A DNA stretch of 29,832 nucleotides from Actinomycetota bacterium (GTDB lineage: Bacteria; Actinomycetota; UBA4738; HRBIN12), in contig VAYF01000041.1 of NCBI GenBank assembly GCA_005883885.1, positions 1-29,832 on the forward strand, given 5' to 3'. The notes under the pieces are model-generated. The model had not been told where the DNA came from, made no database searches, and saw only the letters and a list, made by a program, of their open reading frames with translations. A program made the translations under genes and the position numbers. Positions 25,899-29,832 of the stretch are shown one piece after another; the first letter of the stretch is position 1, and the number at the start of each line of letters is the position of its first letter.

Positions 25899-28571
25899 GT
25901 GGCGACTCGCGAGGGAGACGTCGAGGTGATCCGTGAGGGGCTCACCTTCAAGCGGTTCTTCACGCAGGAGGGGACGCATCCGTTCGATCAGGTCGAATGG
26001 GAGACCAGGGATGCGGTGATCCCTAACTACAAGGAGGGTGGGAACGCCTTCGAGCAACGCGACGTCGAGTTCCCTCGCTCGTGGTCACAGAACGCGACGA
26101 ACATCGTCGCGCAGAAGTACTTCCGCGGCACCCTCGGGACGCCCCAGCGTGAGTCCTCCGTTCGGCAGCTCGTGGCTCGGGTGGTCGACACCATCACCGG
26201 CTGGGGCCGGAAGAACACGTACTTCGCCTCCGAGCCTGACGCGCAGATCTTCGCCGATGAGCTCACGCATCTCCTCGTGAACCAGATGGCGGCCTTCAAC
26301 TCGCCCGTGTGGTTCAACGTCGGCGTCGCCGATACGCCGCAGCAATGCAGCGCGTGCTTCATCCTCGCGGTGGACGACCACATGTCCTCGATCCTCAACT
26401 GGTACGTGGAGGAGGGGACCATCTTCAAGGGTGGATCGGGCTCCGGTATCAACCTGTCGAAGCTCCGGTCGTCCAAGGAAGGTCTCGCCGGTGGCGGGAC
26501 CGCTTCCGGACCGGTCAGCTTCATGCGCGGCGCCGACGCCTCGGCCGGGACGATCAAGTCGGGCGGGAAGACCCGCCGGGCGGCCAAGATGGTCATCCTC
26601 GACGTCGACCACCCGGACGTTCGCGACTTCATCTGGTGCAAGGCCACCGAGGAGAAGAAGGCCCGAGCCCTTCGCGATGCTGGCTTCGATATGGATCTGG
26701 ACGGTCGCGACAGCTATTCGATCCAGTACCAGAACGCCAACAACTCGGTGCGTGTCACCGACGAGTTCATGCAGGCGGTCCTGGAAGATCGCGACTGGAA
26801 GCTCAAGGCGGTGACCACCGGCGAGACCCTCGAGACCACGCGGGCCCGCGATCTGATGCGCGACATCGCGCTGGCGGCCTGGGAGTGCGCCGACCCCGGC
26901 ATGCAGTACGACACCACTATCAACGAGTGGCACACCTGCCCGGCGAGCGGCCGGATCAATGCCTCCAACCCGTGCAGCGAATATATGCACCTGGACAACA
27001 GCGCCTGCAACCTGGCCAGCCTGAACCTGATGAAGTTCCTCGATGCCGACGGCAACTTCGACGTCCGGAGCTTCCGGCGCGCCACCGAGATCGTCTTCAC
27101 GGCCCAGGAGATCGTGGTTGGAGAGTCGGACTATCCAACCGACAAGATCGGCGAGAACGCTCGGGCCTTCCGTCAGCTCGGACTCGGCTACGCCAACCTC
27201 GGCGCGCTGCTGATGGCGCGCGGACTCCCCTACGACTCCGACCAGGGCCGCGCGTGGGCGGGGGCCATCACCGCGATCATGACCGGGTGGGCCTACCGCA
27301 CAAGCGCGCGGATCGCGGAGGTGACCGGGCCGTTCGCCGGGTACGCGTCCAACGCCGACGCGATGCTCCGCGTGATGCGCAAGCATCGTGCGGCGGCGGA
27401 TCAGATCGACGCGGAGCTCGTGCCCGAAGGGATGCTCTCCGCGGCCAAGCAGTCCTGGGATGAGGCGATCGCCTCGGGCGAGCGGCACGGGTACCGCAAC
27501 GCCCAGGCGAGCGTGCTGGCTCCGACCGGCACGATCGGGCTGATGATGGATTGCGACACGACCGGCATCGAGCCCGAGCTGGCGCTCGTCAAGACGAAGA
27601 AGCTCGTCGGCGGCGGCACGATGCAGTTCGTGAACCAGACCGTGCCTCGTGCGCTCGCGAAGCTGGGGTACGACGCGGCCCAGACGGACGACATCGTGGC
27701 GTACATCGCGGAGCACAACTCGGTCGCGGACGCGCCACACCTCAAGACCGAGCACTATCCGGTGTTCCACACCGCGATGGGGGAGCAGCCGATCCACTAC
27801 ATGGGTCACGTGCGGATGATGGCCGCGGCGCAGCCGTACATCTCCGGCGCCATCTCCAAGACCGTCAACATGCCCGAAGAAGCCACGGTCGAAGAGGTCG
27901 AGGAGCTCTTCGTAGAGAGCTGGCGGCTCGGGCTCAAGGCCGTCGCGATCTACCGCGACAACTGCAAGGTGGCCCAGCCGCTGTCCGCGGACAAGAAGAA
28001 GAAGGCGGAGGCGCCGGAGGCCGAGCCGGCCGTGCTGGCGTGGTCCGCCAAGAAGCGGCTCCCGCAGTCGCGCCCCGCGCTGACCACATCGTTCCGCGTC
28101 GGTGACGCCGAAGGGTACGTCACCGCCGGCTCGTATCCGGACAACGGGCTCGGCGAGATCTTCCTCAAGGCTTCCAAGCAGGGATCGACCCTGTCCGGGA
28201 TCATGGATGCCTTCTCGATCGCGGTGTCGGTGGGACTCCAGTACGGCGTACCCCTCGAGGACTACGCCTCGAAGTTCATCAACATGAAGTTCGAGCCGAG
28301 CGGCATGACGAACGACCCCGACATCCGGTTCGCGTCGTCCATCGTGGATTACGTCTTCCGGCGCTTGGCGCTCGACCACCTCACGTGGGAACAGCGCGAG
28401 GCCCTCGGGATCAGGTCGATCCAGGAGCGGACCGAGGATGCCGAGGGGAAGATCGCGGAGCTGGAAGCGGGTACGACTCCGGCACCGACGCCCGTGGCGC
28501 AACCGACCGACCCGGTCGAGCGACCGACCGCGAGGGTCCTGGACGCCCCGCTCTGCTACCAGTGCGGCTAG
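25899..28571 (+). CDS. nrdJ: Class II (adenosylcobalamin-dependent) ribonucleotide reductase; last ~22 residues missing as sequenced
   Basis: FNSPVWFN, QCSACFI, ASNPCSEY, ACNLASLNL, APTGTIG, SKTVNMP and C-terminal TSCPD-like domain. Ends at LCYQCG*, half of the terminal zinc site. SD AAGGAGG. Confidence 0.96.
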   Translation: MATREGDVEVIREGLTFKRFFTQEGTHPFDQVEWETRDAVIPNYKEGGNAFEQRDVEFPRSWSQNATNIVAQKYFRGTLGTPQRESSVRQLVARVVDTITGWGRKNTYFASEPDAQIFADELTHLLVNQMAAFNSPVWFNVGVADTPQQCSACFILAVDDHMSSILNWYVEEGTIFKGGSGSGINLSKLRSSKEGLAGGGTASGPVSFMRGADASAGTIKSGGKTRRAAKMVILDVDHPDVRDFIWCKATEEKKARALRDAGFDMDLDGRDSYSIQYQNANNSVRVTDEFMQAVLEDRDWKLKAVTTGETLETTRARDLMRDIALAAWECADPGMQYDTTINEWHTCPASGRINASNPCSEYMHLDNSACNLASLNLMKFLDADGNFDVRSFRRATEIVFTAQEIVVGESDYPTDKIGENARAFRQLGLGYANLGALLMARGLPYDSDQGRAWAGAITAIMTGWAYRTSARIAEVTGPFAGYASNADAMLRVMRKHRAAADQIDAELVPEGMLSAAKQSWDEAIASGERHGYRNAQASVLAPTGTIGLMMDCDTTGIEPELALVKTKKLVGGGTMQFVNQTVPRALAKLGYDAAQTDDIVAYIAEHNSVADAPHLKTEHYPVFHTAMGEQPIHYMGHVRMMAAAQPYISGAISKTVNMPEEATVEEVEELFVESWRLGLKAVAIYRDNCKVAQPLSADKKKKAEAPEAEPAVLAWSAKKRLPQSRPALTTSFRVGDAEGYVTAGSYPDNGLGEIFLKASKQGSTLSGIMDAFSIAVSVGLQYGVPLEDYASKFINMKFEPSGMTNDPDIRFASSIVDYVFRRLALDHLTWEQREALGIRSIQERTEDAEGKIAELEAGTTPAPTPVAQPTDPVERPTARVLDAPLCYQCG

Positions 28572-28577
28572 CTGGCG

Positions 28578-28904
28578 ATGCCTCCGGGTGAGGAAGAGGA
28601 CGCCGTCAAGTTCTACGGCGCGATCCTCGGCCTGACCCAGGTGGAGAAGCCGCCGGAGCTCGCGCCGCGCGGCGGCGTCTGGTTCCGGACCGAGGGGCTC
28701 GAGGTACACCTGGGCATCGAGGAGCCGTTCACGCCGGCCCGCAAGGCGCACCCCGCGTTCCTGGTCCAGGACCTGGAGACCCTTCGGGAGCGGATCGAGC
28801 TCGCGGGCTACCGCGTGACCGACGACGTGCCGCTCGAGGGGTTCCACCGTTGTCACGTCCGCGATCCGTTCGGCAACCGTCTCGAGTTGGTAGAGCCGTC
28901 CTGA
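28578..28904 (+). CDS. VOC/glyoxalase family protein; N-terminus missing as sequenced
   Basis: (Q)LAMPPGEE..A..FYG, GVWF, HLG, KAHPAF, RDPFGNRLELVE. The usual DHV segment before QLA is absent. Confidence 0.88.
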   Translation: MPPGEEEDAVKFYGAILGLTQVEKPPELAPRGGVWFRTEGLEVHLGIEEPFTPARKAHPAFLVQDLETLRERIELAGYRVTDDVPLEGFHRCHVRDPFGNRLELVEPS

Positions 28905-28908
28905 CGCG

Positions 28909-29343
28909 ATGGACGTGCCCTTCAAACGTCTTCGACCGGAGGGGGCGCTGCCGTCGACGCAGCACCCCGGCGACGCGGGTCTCGACCTCCGCGCGGCGAT
29001 CGACGCCACCGTCAAGCCAGGCGAGCGGGTCATGGTTCCGACCGGCGTGGCCGTCGCGATCCCCGACGGCCACGCCGGCCTGGTGCTTCCTCGGAGCGGC
29101 CTCGCGACCGCCCGCGGCCTGACCCTTTCGAACTCGCCGGGGTTGATCGACGCCGGCTACCGCGGCGAGGTGATCTGTTCGGTCGTGAATCTGGATCGGG
29201 ACGAGGCCGTCGAGATCCGTGCGGGCGACCGGATCGCGCAGCTCGTGGTGATCGCGACCCCCTCTGTCGTTCCCAGCTGGGCAGACGATCTCCCAGGGAG
29301 CGGACGGGGCGAAGGTGGGTTCGGCTCGACCGGGGTGGATTGA
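28909..29343 (+). CDS. dut: dUTP diphosphatase
   Basis: GDAGLDL, PRSGLA, NSPGLIDAGYRGE, RIAQLV, RGEGGFGSTG. Confidence 0.98.
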   Translation: MDVPFKRLRPEGALPSTQHPGDAGLDLRAAIDATVKPGERVMVPTGVAVAIPDGHAGLVLPRSGLATARGLTLSNSPGLIDAGYRGEVICSVVNLDRDEAVEIRAGDRIAQLVVIATPSVVPSWADDLPGSGRGEGGFGSTGVD

Positions 29344-29395
29344 TCGCCTGGCGATGGTGTATCTGTTGTTCGGTACATGGCACCCGAGGAGGCGG

Positions 29396-29424
29396 TTGAA
29401 GGTCTCCGAACGGGCTCCTAGGAT
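29396..29424 (+). promoter_or_regulatory. Putative tRNA promoter
   Basis: TTGAAG-17 nt-TAGGAT, ending 12 nt before the tRNA. Confidence 0.6.
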
Positions 29425-29436
29425 GGATGAGCACGT

Positions 29437-29509
<73 letters not shown>

Positions 29510-29530
29510 CCCGATGGCGAAGGATTTCGT

Positions 29531-29752
29531 GTGAGCGTTCATCACGGGCACGACGATCCGAACGCGCCAGCCGAACCGATACCTCAGCCCGGTGGCTTCC
29601 GCGACGGCCGCGGGACGCCGGTCGACTCCCGCACGCCACCACCTGTCGCTCGGACCGGCTCTCAGTTCAAGACGTCGAACCTGCGCTTGGTGGTCCTCGG
29701 ACTCGTCGTCCTCGTCTTGGCCGTCGCGATCCTCGCTGGCTCGCGGGGGTAG
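29531..29752 (+). CDS. Small hypothetical protein (73 aa) with a C-terminal transmembrane helix
   Basis: GTG after AAGGA, Pro-rich polar N-terminus, then LRLVVLGLVVLVLAVAILAG and stop. Confidence 0.6.
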   Translation: MSVHHGHDDPNAPAEPIPQPGGFRDGRGTPVDSRTPPPVARTGSQFKTSNLRLVVLGLVVLVLAVAILAGSRG

Positions 29753-29832
29753 CTCGGATCGGTTCCAACGTCTTGGATCGCGTCGCGCCCCGGCACGGAT
29801 ACGGAGCGCTACCCATTTCTGAACGAGGGCGG

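Noticed and set aside
25899-28571. Intein or intron in nrdJ
   Set aside because: The catalytic motifs are collinear at normal spacing and no splicing or homing-endonuclease motifs are seen.
26085-29033. 982-aa antisense ORF and the many other long overlapping ORFs (e.g. 797-2062, 1808-3658, 18900-19877 part, 21322-23142)
   Set aside because: Shadow frames expected in high-GC coding DNA; they lie over well-identified genes and have no recognisable motifs.
29359-29372. TATC-TGTT-GTTCG as an SOS box between dut and the tRNA
   Set aside because: One half-site has two mismatches and there is no plausible target gene.

Overview
High-GC housekeeping region of an actinobacterium (Actinomycetota), probably a lineage outside the well-studied Actinomycetia; the taxonomy is inferred. 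Gene order follows the conserved actinobacterial block pnp-M16 peptidase-dapB-dapA-rnj-ftsK-rodZ-cinA-thpR-recA-recX-rny-miaB-miaA-dapF-hflX-lexA/lysM-nrdR-nrdJ-dut, followed by tRNA-Gly(GCC). Small inserts are a LysE/histidine phosphatase/PduO trio, an ORFan plus GNAT, dapC-dapD, an SIS protein and a VOC protein. No integrase, transposase, CRISPR array, rRNA or defence island is visible, and I found no new multi-gene protein system. The best signals are cis-regulatory. (1) An unexplained 20-bp motif, CGAATGACAGG-NN-TGTAACT (18/20 identical), lies upstream of both recA and nrdJ. (2) PafBC/RecA-NDp-type promoters (TGTCAGAC-N8-TACCNT) occur alongside LexA boxes at recA and at the lexA-divergent LysM gene. 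(3) rny has a structured leader of about 215 nt. (4) Genes lacking a Shine-Dalgarno site repeatedly show TANNNT-N8-start spacing. Three seams, each missing about 100 nt, disrupt recA (frameshift), dapC (in frame) and the nrdJ/VOC junction; they are most likely assembly artefacts but cannot be resolved without reads. All motif calls were made by eye, with no database search.
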